Below, piece by piece: positions 20,116-30,579 of a DNA stretch of 64,000 nt (position 1 is the first letter of the stretch; every line of letters starts with the position of its first letter). Under the pieces are notes generated by a model, which worked only from the letters and a program-made list of their open reading frames with translations, searched no databases and was not told where the DNA came from. Both the position numbers and the translations under genes were made by a program. Origin of the DNA: Vicinamibacterales bacterium (GTDB lineage Bacteria > Acidobacteriota > Vicinamibacteria > Vicinamibacterales > JAMQPK01); contig CAWAKJ010000003.1 of NCBI GenBank assembly GCA_963782595.1, forward strand, positions 120,641 to 184,640, given 5' to 3'.

Positions 20116-20979
20116 GATATCTTTCCCGCCGTGTCGCTCCGAGCGTCGCCATCAAGCTTGTGTCCTATTGTGACGCCTCTGGTCGCGCCCAATCGGCGGC
20201 TTGCCCGAAGGAGTCTTTGAGTCACTAACGCTTCCCTCCGCAATGCGAGCTTTCGGCGGAGAAAGCTCGCAGGCGGCCGCCAGGATCCTTCCATCAGGTG
20301 AATGCCGAAATCGCCGAATCTGTGCCACGACTGACCGTCACACACGTCGTCCGGAAACAACACCGTCACGGTCGACGCGAGTGCAGAGTTCTCTGCGTAA
20401 GTCCGTGACAGGAGGCCAGGCCCAGTGCTGTACAGCACCTGGTGCGCGGCTCTGGAGAGGCGAGGCACGCCCGACATCATCGGCTGAACCCAGCCTGGCT
20501 CCTGCTGTGTCCTCACGCAGTTATCGATGACGGCCTTCAGGAACGGATGGCCGGCGACAGCGCCGAACGCGTAATTGCCAAGCTCCCAGTCCATCCCGTA
20601 GCTCCTGAGCAAGCGGCTGAACGTGAGACCTTCGAACGGAAACACACAACCGCTGGAGTTCAGACTGCCGAGCCCTCTTGCGAGGAGGACGTCGAGATCG
20701 AAGTAGTACCCGCCAAGCCGGTAGACGGCTAAGTAACGGAAAAAGTCATACCGCTGAATCGGGAACGCAAAGGAGTCGAAAGATGCTCCGAAACTGCGGA
20801 AACTCCTGCTCCACGAACCGCTCAACATCCGAGTCGTCGAAAAATCGCCATTCATAGTCAGGATTGAGCAGACGAAGATTTGCGGCAAATGCCCGCTGTT
20901 TCAATGTCAAATCGCGGTGTTTAGCCGTCTGAATAATTCGCTCCGGGATGGAACAATTCACGTTGGTCTCCGTGCTCAA
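20112..20979 (-). pseudogene. DXD-motif sugar-binding glycosyltransferase (Gly_transf_sug-like), frame-disrupted (+1) near 20779-20781
   Basis: The N-terminus is in ORF 20746..20979 ('...RFFDDSDVERFVEQEFPQFRSIF'). The continuation 'DSFAFPIQRYDFFRYLAVYRLGGYYFDLDVL' is in ORF 20112..20888, in the +1 frame. Removing one T of the TTT run restores 'SIFDSFAF'. Confidence 0.7.
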
Positions 20980-22412
20980 CCACCGAGGCGCGCACGCAAG
21001 CGCCTGGTTCGCGGCGGGGGCTTGACGCGCAGGGTCCGAGCTTCAAACGCTGGCACGAGACGGGCTCGATTCGATCGCTGAGGCCAGGCTGCGGAATCCC
21101 GCGCGGTCAGAGCCGAACTGACGCGCTCGCCTGTGGAGCCGCGCGGATCGATTGACGCCACGAGAAAGAGGACCCACATGTTGTTGATGCCGTAGAACGA
21201 GGCCTCCGTATAGTTGTAGAGCAGTGCCGCGACAACAAGGCAGAACCTCAGGACACCAGCGGAATAGTCGATTCGCAAATGATCGCGAACGTTCACGATG
21301 GCGGCCAGGGCAATGGCGCCGATGAGGGCAACGCCGATATACCCAAGATTCAGATACTGTTCGAGATAGCCACTGTGTGCCTGGTTGAGAGGAGCGCCGA
21401 TGGCCTTCCACGCTGCCGCCATTCGGTCGCCGGTCCAGAAGCTCATGAACCCAACTCCAAAGAAAGGATCGGTGTTAAATGAGAGAAGAACTGTCCAGAT
21501 GTCGGTCCTGTAGGTCAGCGTCGGGTCTCGGTCCAGTAGATTCAACCAGATATCTTGAATATTGAAGACAGCATCGCCAATGACGTACAGCCCGACCACA
21601 GACAGGAAGGCTGTGATCACTCGCGTTGGCCGTTGCCATGAAGCGCGTCGAGCAGCGTAGACGAGAATGAGAATCACCGAGACCAGGCACGCAAGAGACG
21701 TTTTGCTGTTCGACATGTACAGCAACCAGGCGACCATCGCCGCTATTGTCAAATCGTACCGATCAGCTGAGTCGCGCTTCATGAGAAACGTCCAGGCGCA
21801 GGAAATACCGACGACCAGACATGACAGGCCCAGCGTGTTTTTTTGATCGGCCACCCCTGTATACATGATGTTCCCTGCTGGGGTGTAGGCCCTGCCGAAC
21901 TCCGGGTACCACCTGATAAACAGCATAGAAAGGGGCATCCAGACGAACGCCAGCCTTCGCAGTGTCGCCATGATGGCTTCGTATGGCCGTCGCTCCGTCA
22001 ACAGCACGAGTGCCATGATTGGATTACCGAGGTCCTTGATCCAACGCTTGGCCAGGAGGCCCGGTTCGTTGCTCCAGGTCATGCTGAGGAGACAGTAGAG
22101 AAAATACGCGACGAGCCACTTGTTATCAGCCAGAAGCCGCCCCCAACGGATGTTGCGTCGAGAGAGAACGTAAGACCCCCACACAATGAGCAGAAGGAAC
22201 ACCCATCGGTCCACCGGGCTGCCCTCGGCATAGGCGTCCAAAGTGTTCCACTGTCCTTCCAGGTGCAGCCATCGTGATACAAACCTGGATCCTGCAATAA
22301 ACATCCAGACGAAGGGGACCCACGAGATAGAGTCCCGATCTGGCCTTCGAAGCTCGCGCCAGAATAGATATCCAATAAATGCGGCGAAGAAAACAGCCGC
22401 TGGGATTCGCAT
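20976..22412 (-). CDS. O-antigen ligase / Wzy-like polytopic membrane protein (PEP-CTERM-locus O-glycosylation-ligase-like)
   Basis: 478 aa, more than 10 predicted TM helices, with a large loop typical of the Wzy_C family. It sits within the EPS locus. Confidence 0.6.
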   Translation of the reverse strand: MRIPAAVFFAAFIGYLFWRELRRPDRDSISWVPFVWMFIAGSRFVSRWLHLEGQWNTLDAYAEGSPVDRWVFLLLIVWGSYVLSRRNIRWGRLLADNKWLVAYFLYCLLSMTWSNEPGLLAKRWIKDLGNPIMALVLLTERRPYEAIMATLRRLAFVWMPLSMLFIRWYPEFGRAYTPAGNIMYTGVADQKNTLGLSCLVVGISCAWTFLMKRDSADRYDLTIAAMVAWLLYMSNSKTSLACLVSVILILVYAARRASWQRPTRVITAFLSVVGLYVIGDAVFNIQDIWLNLLDRDPTLTYRTDIWTVLLSFNTDPFFGVGFMSFWTGDRMAAAWKAIGAPLNQAHSGYLEQYLNLGYIGVALIGAIALAAIVNVRDHLRIDYSAGVLRFCLVVAALLYNYTEASFYGINNMWVLFLVASIDPRGSTGERVSSALTARDSAAWPQRSNRARLVPAFEARTLRVKPPPRTRRLRARLGG

Positions 22413-22430
22413 GATTTACCGAGAATGAGT

Positions 22431-23699
22431 CTATTTCCGTGCGAGTTCTGGAACGGCACTGTTCGTGCTTCGTGTGTTGACCTTGACGAGCGCTGCGGCC
22501 AGAGCCTTGACCATCGTCCCCTGTCCCCAATGCATCATCGGCGTCGTCACCCTCACCTTGTTGAGTTGCCGGTAGTTGAAATGCCCGTCGGTCGCCTGCA
22601 TATTGCGGATCGTCCAGTCCGCCACTTTCAGAGCCAGTTCGAGTGATTCAGGATCGTCATCGGAGACCGCGACGAGCGTATCTATGGCCTGTGCGGCGCA
22701 TTGGACATCGATAGGGTAAAGACGATCGTGAAAATACTTCGGCCGACCGTCCTTTTCGAAGAAATGAGCCTTGAAGAACCTCAATCCGCGCGAGAGTGGG
22801 AGATCGACGGATCGATCTCCGAGGGCATCTCTGTAGGTCTTGAGCGCGGAAATGTTATAGCCGGTGTGAAAGTTATCAATCCAGTGATACTTGTCTTCCT
22901 CGCCGTAGAACCAGGCCCCATCTGGGCGCTGTCGTGCGCATGTATATGCCATGGAGCGGCGCGCCAGTAACGCGACATCTTCGTCGCGAGTTATGACCGC
23001 GAGCCGCGCGAGGAAGGCTGCCCCCATCGCGTTCGAGTTGTGAATGGACTCCTGTTTATAGGCGTTGTAGCTCAAACAGAGTCCGGTGGGCGTGTGCTCC
23101 TGTGGAAGCGCTTGTATCCAGCGACCGACACTTTCAGCGACGTGAAGGTACTGCGCGTCGCTCAGCACCTCGAAGGCATCCAGAAAAACCTGACCGATGA
23201 GCGCAGTCCAAATCAGAATTGGCGCGCCGAAGGGCCGCCGGCCGCTGCGCGTCGCGTAATCATATGGATCGCCCCAGCAAAACTCCTCGTGCCCTTGAGC
23301 TCGGTGCATCATCAACCAGGTGAGGCACGAAACCGCCTCGGCCTTGATCGCCGGTGACGCGCCACTTCGACACATCGTCAGGTAGCCCCACGCCATGTAG
23401 CCGCGGCCAATGGCCGACTCGTGCGGCGATATTCCAATGAGCGGTCGAATATGGAATGGTGACCGGAGAACGATCTGCTGAAGGATCCGCATGGGGAAAG
23501 TGCGGCCCCCTGTCAGGAAAAAGAGCTTTGACGAATTGCCGTCCGCAGGCTCGTAGGCCTTGTAGTGGTGATCCTGGACCCACTTGATCACACGCGTTAG
23601 GCTGTGTTCAAGCCGATCATGGGTTGCGTGAGCCGACACGTTACATTTCCCGCTGAGTCGAGAGAGGAAGGCCGCCCAGCGCCAACAGGCGCGAAGCAT
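22431..23699 (-). CDS. Conserved hypothetical protein, possibly alpha/alpha-toroid (six-hairpin) fold
   Basis: Long ORF with normal composition: 'HESAIGRGYMAWGYL', 'DGAWFYGEEDKYHWIDNFHTGYN'. Coding is likely, but the function is not recognised with certainty. A GTG at 23636, 5 nt after the upstream stop, is a more plausible start than 23699. Confidence 0.5.
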   Translation of the reverse strand: MLRACWRWAAFLSRLSGKCNVSAHATHDRLEHSLTRVIKWVQDHHYKAYEPADGNSSKLFFLTGGRTFPMRILQQIVLRSPFHIRPLIGISPHESAIGRGYMAWGYLTMCRSGASPAIKAEAVSCLTWLMMHRAQGHEEFCWGDPYDYATRSGRRPFGAPILIWTALIGQVFLDAFEVLSDAQYLHVAESVGRWIQALPQEHTPTGLCLSYNAYKQESIHNSNAMGAAFLARLAVITRDEDVALLARRSMAYTCARQRPDGAWFYGEEDKYHWIDNFHTGYNISALKTYRDALGDRSVDLPLSRGLRFFKAHFFEKDGRPKYFHDRLYPIDVQCAAQAIDTLVAVSDDDPESLELALKVADWTIRNMQATDGHFNYRQLNKVRVTTPMMHWGQGTMVKALAAALVKVNTRSTNSAVPELARK

Positions 23700-24540
23700 G
23701 ATCCAGGAGCTTGATGAAGTACACCATGAAGAAGTGATGTCCCGCTATTGCGAGAAACGGCAGCGCCATCGTGTAACACGGTACGGCGACAATCGATTTG
23801 ACGATGTTTCGCACGCGGTGACCTGAGGTCTTGGGGAAAGTGCTTCCGCGCAAGAGGGCGCGACGCATGAGAAACTGGCGCGTACAACGGCTTGGCGGTA
23901 CGAGCTCATACACGCAAGCCTCATCGCACCACACGAACCTGCAGCCGTTGACAGTCAGCCGGCGAAAAAAGTCGACATCCTCTCCGCCAGTGTCGAACTG
24001 AGGACGAAACGGCATTTCGAGCTGATTCACAGCTGCTCTGGTCACGAGAACGTTTCCGGTCCTCGCTTCTGGCCACTTCACCCGGTGGCCAGTCTGATGT
24101 CGAGGCCGATCGAAGAACCGACCTTTCGTTACCCAACGGGGCGGGACCTCGTTGAAACGCGGTATACATGGTCCGAGCACGCCATCAGCACAATATCTGA
24201 CTCGAACCTGGAATAGCGCGAACAGCCAATCCGTATCTGGAATTTCGTCGTCGTCGATAAACGCCAACAAGTCGCCTGTGGCATGCGCAACGGACCTGTT
24301 TCTGGCGAGGGCGATATTTTGGATTGGTTCCAAGCAGTACGTGATTGGAAAGCGGGACTTCGCGGCGTATTTACTGACCGTCTGCTCGGCGGAGCGAGCG
24401 GAATCGTTGTCGACGATCACGAGATCGTAGGTAAACAAGCCGTCCGTGCGTTGAAACGTAAGACCGTCAATGAAATCACGCAGTAGATGACCGCGTTTGA
24501 AGGTGCAAACGCATACGGTGATGTGCGAGATCGGCGTCAT
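23641..24540 (-). CDS. Glycosyltransferase family 2
   Basis: 'ITVCVCTFKRGHLL', 'LVIVDNDSARSAEQ' and 'LAFIDDDEIPDTDWL' (DxD). ATGA overlap with the upstream gene. Confidence 0.8.
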   Translation of the reverse strand: MTPISHITVCVCTFKRGHLLRDFIDGLTFQRTDGLFTYDLVIVDNDSARSAEQTVSKYAAKSRFPITYCLEPIQNIALARNRSVAHATGDLLAFIDDDEIPDTDWLFALFQVRVRYCADGVLGPCIPRFNEVPPRWVTKGRFFDRPRHQTGHRVKWPEARTGNVLVTRAAVNQLEMPFRPQFDTGGEDVDFFRRLTVNGCRFVWCDEACVYELVPPSRCTRQFLMRRALLRGSTFPKTSGHRVRNIVKSIVAVPCYTMALPFLAIAGHHFFMVYFIKLLDHASRLLALGGLPLSTQREM

Positions 24541-25292
24541 TGCTTCACAATGCCGAGCTCACGACAGACCTGGGTCATGGGCAGCACTCTTGCGCCGGAT
24601 GCCAGCGATAACCGAACGAGTTCGTTCAAGTAGCCGGGGTCGCAGCCATAAGCTGAGGGACTGTCTAGGACATCATGCGTCGCGAAGATCAACCATCCCC
24701 CGGCGGCAGCGTTGGACTCTATTAGTTGTCTGACCTCCCGCAGGTTGCTCCGGCTCCGCTGGTTCACGAAGTAGGCCTTCAACAGATTGAGATCGACGAT
24801 ATCGCGGTTGAAGTTCTGCCCCCCTCCACGGCATCCAGCAAAATGGTCGCCTGCGACTCTCTTCGTGCCGACAGACGGACCGTCGAGCGGGTAGGCAAAC
24901 ACCTGGAACTGCGTGTCGATCGCGCTCTTCGCCAGAGCCGCCCGGTTGGACTCGATCGAGCGCTTGAATGCTGTTGCCGTCACTTCCGATCCGTTCAGGT
25001 GGTCGTAGGTATGACAACCAAGCTCGTGGCCATCCCGCACGAGCGTTTCCAGGTCTGTCAGCGAGGCGATTCGGCCAGAAACGCCTTCGGAGTCAAGGAG
25101 TCGGAACGAAACAAAATACGTGCCTCGGACGCCGTGGTCGGTGAGGATGCGGCCGCCGGACGTCAACGCGCTGCGAGGGAAGTCGTCGAACGTGAAGGAC
25201 ACATAAGCAGATTTGCTGTTCAGGCAAAAATCTCGACGCGCAAACCTCTCGATCGCGAACCGCCGGCACACGCGAGCAATCCGCTGGATCAA
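24537..25292 (-). CDS. Polysaccharide deacetylase (CE4 family)
   Basis: 'VSFTFDDFPRSAL' and 'HELGCHTYDHLN' (metal-binding His motifs). The start is set at TTG 25292, which overlaps the upstream TGA. The track ORF extends to 25493 over the preceding gene. Confidence 0.75.
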   Translation of the reverse strand: MIQRIARVCRRFAIERFARRDFCLNSKSAYVSFTFDDFPRSALTSGGRILTDHGVRGTYFVSFRLLDSEGVSGRIASLTDLETLVRDGHELGCHTYDHLNGSEVTATAFKRSIESNRAALAKSAIDTQFQVFAYPLDGPSVGTKRVAGDHFAGCRGGGQNFNRDIVDLNLLKAYFVNQRSRSNLREVRQLIESNAAAGGWLIFATHDVLDSPSAYGCDPGYLNELVRLSLASGARVLPMTQVCRELGIVKQ

Positions 25293-26186
25293 TGCTGGCT
25301 GATTCCGATGCGTGTTCGAACGAATGTCCGAAGCCGCCCCATCTGATCGCGACCCTGGAACGTCGCCAGTTCGGGACTGACCGTGCGTTGGTGCCTGCAC
25401 AACATCGCCCAGAAATATCCTGCACCTAACGCGACGCCACCGGCGACATAGGGCCGCCGTGTCATCTGGTACGCGCTTCGGCACAATTGCCACACCGGGT
25501 GAAACCCAAGCCTGTAGGCGCGCTGCCCCAGCTTGTAGTTGGCTATGAATCTGCTGCTATCGGCCGCCGATCCCATTGGTCTATGGTGCACACACACCCG
25601 ATCGGTAAACGTCCGTGTCCGCCAGCCTTTCATCCGTGCCGTCAACGTCGCGACCACGTCGATTCCGCCGCCTTTGAGCGGCACGTATCCACCAATCTGC
25701 TCGAAACACGCTCGCCTGAACATCTGACACGCACCCGAGACGTGCTCAGCGCTGCTGAACGTATAGTCGTAGGTGACGCCGTTTTCGCTGAAGGGACAAC
25801 CCGCTACGCCAAGTTGTGGATCCACGGCGAACTTGCTCAGCAGAAACTCGAAGAAGTCCGGAACGAACGAAAGGTCGGCATCGAGGCTGCCGATGACGTC
25901 GAAATCAAGGTGTGTGACCGTCTCGAGTCCGGCATTGAAGGCAAGTGACCTTACCGGCAAAGTCGCGAGCCTGCCGATGTGGCCGCTCGATGCATGTGAT
26001 CCACGGATAGTTCGCGGCGTACCTCGCAGCGATCGCGGCAGTCTGATCGGTCGAACCGTCGCTGACAATCACCCATCGGAGTGGAAGGATCGTCTGGCTG
26101 ATAACCGATTTGATCGTTGCCTCGAGATACGGCCCTTCGTTTCGGGCCGGTGTGATGAGCACATACGTTGATGCTGATGCCGCCAC
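25289..26186 (-). pseudogene. Glycosyltransferase family 2, frame-disrupted (+1) near 25946
   Basis: The N-terminus is in ORF 25905..26186 ('VLITPARNEGPYLEATIKSVISQT...VIVSDGSTDQT...FAGKV'). The continuation 'LAFNAGLETVTHLDFDVIGSLDADL...' is in ORF 25289..26068. Skipping one base restores the GT2 'GKxxAxNxG' motif. Confidence 0.75.
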
Positions 26187-26195
26187 GTCGTGCCT

Positions 26196-28092
26196 TCAAA
26201 TCGGCGCGTTTATTTCGATCGCCATCTCGTAATGTGACTGTGCGGCGGTCGGAACGGTTGGTGCTTCACGTGGATCGAGCATCCGGTGGAACACGACAAC
26301 CGTCATCACCTTGTCGAGTTCGTCGGTGTAATTGGCCCGGCCCGCAATATGGTCCTCCATCATGGTCACGACCCGTCCCATGTCAAACCACGATGTCAGT
26401 TCTTCTGTCTCGTTCGCGTCGCAAGGTGTCCCGAACAAATGCCGAAAGCTCGTGGCGTGTCCAGTGACGAAAATGCTGAAACTTATCGCGGCCAAGAAAC
26501 GCGGTCTCGAAAAAGGGCACGCGAGCCGACAGGACGGCCATCCAATCCGGCGCGCCATGACTGGTCAGGTATTCGGCCTTCACCAGCGTCCGGCGGTACG
26601 CCTGCCGAAGCAGTGCAATGGGTCGTGCGCTGTGGCCGAGGCGACCTGTGTCCGAGGGTATGGCGATGAGCCCTGGTCGCCGCGCCAGAACCTTCACGAG
26701 CAGCTCGACTGAGGATCGGGTGCTCGCCGGCGATTGATAGAGAGCCTTGACTACGCTATTGGCCAGAAATGGGGAGCGCATTTGAACCTGTGACCGTTCA
26801 ACCGCATACCTGCCGAAACCCTGATTCGGCATCTGATGAAATAACGTGTAGGAAAGGGGATGCCAATCGTCCGTCTGGGCAAACGTCTGAGCAACCTCTG
26901 TCATCTGTTCTCGAATTGGCGAACGAAGGAAACTACCTTTCGGCACGCGGGCTTTGAACGCCCGCACTCCACGCATCAGCTCACCGCCCCAGTTTCCGGT
27001 CACTCTGATCGGTGCGATGCGTCGCGCCAGCCGGTTGAGATATAACTCCGCACCTCCCGCGAACCCAAGATATCCGTCCGACGCGTAAACAGCCCGGCGA
27101 TAGTACTCGCCGATGCCCGCGAGAAACTGTCGATCCAGCACCAGTACCTGATGGGGCTGGTCACATCTGGCCGCCACCGCCGCTGCGACCGACGCATCCA
27201 TCGTGAGCCGGTACATGCTTCCGAATGTGTAGGTGGGGACCGTGGCGGGAGGCGCGTCAAGGCACGCGACCACCAGCCGCGAATCCAGACCGCCGGTCAG
27301 CGACACCGCTGACTCGGGCGACCGAGTGACGGCCGCATTGACGGCCGTGACAAGAGTTTCTGTGAACTGTTCCGCAAATTGATTCGCCGGCAGCTGCGGC
27401 AACTGCTCCAAAGCCGTTCGGTCGAAGTAGCGAATCCGTTCCGGTCGGTGAGCCGCACTAAATCTGACGGCTGTTCCGCCTGGCAGAATCTCGACCTCCC
27501 GGAACAACGATCGGGCGCCGATAGTACAGCCGCACATCAACCATTCGGCGAGTCCGACCGAATCCAATGCGGCGGTCGATGCCGCGACAGCACGAATGGC
27601 CTTGGCCTCGGAGGAGAACAATACGCGACCGTTCTCGGTATGAAGGAAGAGACGCTCCACGCCGTAGCGGTCGTTGAACAGGACACATTCTCCGCGCCGC
27701 TGGTCCATAAAAAATCCAGCGAAGGCTCCTTCAACATCCTGAAGGCCTTCAATTCCGCGCCGGTGAATGTCTCGTACGAGCTCGGCCGCGCCCGGACCGA
27801 CGGCGCAGCAATCTCCGTGGCTAACGTTCGCATGGTCACTGGTCACAACCGCGTCCCCGGTCACGAGAAGGGCGCTCTGCGAAAATGGTGACTCGCCAGG
27901 ACGGCTGGGGCGGTTGTACTGCCATCCCACTCGCCCTGCGCACGCCGCGAGCGATGAGGACGACACAATATCTGTCACGTACGTTGACTCGTAGCACATG
28001 GCCGCCGCCATTCGGCGTACGATCGCGAGCCGCTCGGTCGCAAAGCCACCTGAGCGCGGTTCGAGATCGACGACGCCGAAGATGCCTGGCAT
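26196..28092 (-). pseudogene. Asparagine-synthetase-like amidotransferase (exosortase-locus type), frame-disrupted (+1) near 26421. The N-terminal Cys is replaced by Pro.
   Basis: Starts 'MPGIFGVV' (canonical AsnB starts MCGI). PP-loop 'SLTGGLDS' is present. The main ORF ends '...FVRDTL' followed by junk. The family C-terminus 'DANETEELTSWFDMGRVVTMMEDHIAGRANYTDELDKVMTVVVFHRML' is in ORF 26196..26558, in the +1 frame. Confidence 0.75.
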
Positions 28093-28099
28093 TCTGTGT

Positions 28100-29311
28100 T
28101 TATTGAAGCGGCCGAACGGCGGTATCACCAGGAATTGGTGATGCCACGAGGGAAGCAATCAACTGGCTATAGTCCACACGCCGCTCCTGCCAGCTGTTGC
28201 GAATCGCAAACTTCAAACCGGCCTCCGCCCGCTTCCGCGCTTCGTCTCTGTTCAGGAACGTGTCGACCATCGCGGCCGCAAGGTCGCGTTCGTCTCCGGA
28301 CCCGAAGAATCGGACCAGTGTCGAGTCGAAGTGATGCTCGTCCACTCGGGTTCTCGAGACGATGACCGGAACACGGCTTGCCATGAATTCCAGAATCTTG
28401 GTGCTGAAGGCTTCGTTGCCGAAGCCATCGGCGCGCTTGGGTACCACACCGACGTCGGCTGACGATATGATCGTCGCCATTTCCGCAATGGATACGCGGT
28501 CCCGGATCTTCACGTCATGTTCAATGGCAAGATCGCGAGCGAGGCGGATCAGTAAAGGTCGCGCAGGACCATCGCCATACACATGAAACTCGGAATTCGG
28601 CATGGCCTTTTTCGCCAACGAGAATGCCGTGATCGCGACGTCGACGCCCTGATGGTGATTCAAAGAGCCGGGATAGAGAAAGACGAACCTCCCGTTGGGC
28701 CCTCGTCTGTCTGACGGGCATGGCTTGAACAGAGACGTGTCCGGGTAATTGAGAATCGTGGTGCAATGCGTCGCGGAACGGCGAACGAGCGTCTCATGCC
28801 AAAGGTCGTTTGCGACGATGACGTGATCGGCGAACGAGCAGCTTGCCCGTTCCACCATCAGCAGCAACTTGAATGTCGTGGATTGATCGCCGGTTCCAAA
28901 CTTGCCTCGGTACAGCTCCGGCAGGATGTCATGAATATCCAGGATGACTCTAGCTCCCGTAAGTTTCGGGAGGAATGCAGCAAAGACGAGGAAGTCCGGC
29001 ACGTTGTGCACATGAACCACGTCATATCGGCGTCGGAGATGCAGCGCCGTCAGGAGCGTGGCAGCTTTGGTGAAGAACCACACGAGTTTCGTCAGATAGG
29101 CCACTGCCGAGTTTTCGGTGATCGAGCGTCGCTGAATTCGAATAACACGTACGCCATCGAGGCGACCGACAAACGATTGGCCGCTTCTACGCAGCGCAAT
29201 CACATCGACGTCGTGCCCCTGTGAGGCCATCTCGGCGGCATACCGCATAACCCGGTTGTCGCTCTCGTAGAAGGTATAGGCGAGATGACAGACACGAAGC
29301 GGCTTCGCCAT
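28100..29311 (-). CDS. Glycosyltransferase, GT-B fold (GT4-like)
   Basis: 'MAKPLRVCHLAYTFYESDNRVMRYAAEMASQGHDVDVIAL' N-terminus. 'VPKRADGFGNEAFSTKILEFMASRVPVIVSRT' region. The start is at Met26 of the track ORF. Confidence 0.75.
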   Translation of the reverse strand: MAKPLRVCHLAYTFYESDNRVMRYAAEMASQGHDVDVIALRRSGQSFVGRLDGVRVIRIQRRSITENSAVAYLTKLVWFFTKAATLLTALHLRRRYDVVHVHNVPDFLVFAAFLPKLTGARVILDIHDILPELYRGKFGTGDQSTTFKLLLMVERASCSFADHVIVANDLWHETLVRRSATHCTTILNYPDTSLFKPCPSDRRGPNGRFVFLYPGSLNHHQGVDVAITAFSLAKKAMPNSEFHVYGDGPARPLLIRLARDLAIEHDVKIRDRVSIAEMATIISSADVGVVPKRADGFGNEAFSTKILEFMASRVPVIVSRTRVDEHHFDSTLVRFFGSGDERDLAAAMVDTFLNRDEARKRAEAGLKFAIRNSWQERRVDYSQLIASLVASPIPGDTAVRPLQ

Positions 29312-29348
29312 GGCTCCGTCGGGTATCAAGGGTTCGACCAACTGAGCA

Positions 29349-30539
29349 TCAGACCGCGCCCACACCCTCGAACGCCTGGATGGCACCAGCGACTCGGAGT
29401 TGTTGTGTGGCCTGCAGCCCCGGAAACATCGGCAGCGACAGAATCTCGGCCGCTACCCGCTCGGTTACGGGCAGACTCCCGGCGCCGTAACCGAATCCGC
29501 GATAACACTTCTGCAGGTGGAGAGGGAGTGGATAGTGCAACCCGGACGAGACGCCCTGGGATCGCAGATGCGCCGCGAGGGCATCTCTATTCCCATTTCG
29601 GATGACATAAAGATGATAGACAGCCCAACTCTGCTCGGGCTCAAATGGCACGGTCAAACCGGGCATGGATGACAGTTGTTCGGCGTATCGTCCGGCTGCC
29701 GCACGCCGCTGTGTGTTCCAGGTATCGAGGTGGCGCAATTTCACCCGCAGCACCGCGGCCTGAACGGCATCGAGACGCCCGTTGTAGCCTTCGAGGTCGT
29801 GGTAGTACTTCGTCGCCTGCCCGTGCTCGCGCAGCATCCTGATGGTTTTTGCGATCTGCTCGTCGTTTGTCGTGACGGCGCCGGCTTCGCCGCACGCACC
29901 GAGGTTCTTGCCAGGGTAGAAACTGAACGCGGCCGCGTTGCCGAACGTTCCAGCCCGGCGCCATGCGCCATCTGCTGACCGGTATTTGGCCCCGTGAGCC
30001 TGGCAGGCGTCTTCGATCACGAGAAGGTTGTGGTGTGCCGCGATTGAAAGAATCGCGTCCATGTCGGCGACCTGGCCGTACAGATGCACCGGCAATATGG
30101 CCTTGATCGGCTTACCCGTACGTTTTCCCAGTGGCCTTCCGCTGACCGATTCGCGCACACAACCGCACAAGTACTCGTCGAGTGCATCCGCACCCATGCA
30201 GTAGGTCTGCGCGTCGATGTCGACGAACTCCGCGTCCGCTCCAGCTTGATTGATGGCCGCGACAGTCGCGATAAAGGTGTGCGATACGGTCACGACCGCA
30301 TCGCCGCGCCCGACGCCCGAGGCCATCAACGCGAAGCGGACGGCGTCTGTCCCGTTGGCAACCCCGACGCAGTGCTTCGCGCCGCAATACGCGGCGAACT
30401 CCTGCTCGAATGCATCGACTTCGGCCCCGCCGACAAACGCCGCCGCGCGGAGCGCTTGACGAAATGCATCCAGCAGCTCCGCCTCGAGCTCGCGGTGCGG
30501 TGTCACCAGGTCAAGGAAGGGGACAGGTTCGTTCGACAC
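29349..30539 (-). CDS. DegT/DnrJ/EryC1/StrS-family PLP-dependent sugar aminotransferase (WbpE-like)
   Basis: '[15 protein letters not shown]', '[13 protein letters not shown]' and '[18 protein letters not shown]' (PLP-Lys region). Confidence 0.85.
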   Translation of the reverse strand: MSNEPVPFLDLVTPHRELEAELLDAFRQALRAAAFVGGAEVDAFEQEFAAYCGAKHCVGVANGTDAVRFALMASGVGRGDAVVTVSHTFIATVAAINQAGADAEFVDIDAQTYCMGADALDEYLCGCVRESVSGRPLGKRTGKPIKAILPVHLYGQVADMDAILSIAAHHNLLVIEDACQAHGAKYRSADGAWRRAGTFGNAAAFSFYPGKNLGACGEAGAVTTNDEQIAKTIRMLREHGQATKYYHDLEGYNGRLDAVQAAVLRVKLRHLDTWNTQRRAAAGRYAEQLSSMPGLTVPFEPEQSWAVYHLYVIRNGNRDALAAHLRSQGVSSGLHYPLPLHLQKCYRGFGYGAGSLPVTERVAAEILSLPMFPGLQATQQLRVAGAIQAFEGVGAV

Positions 30540-30579
30540 AAGTGGCTCCTTGGATGGAATGAATCAGAACTACGAGCCG

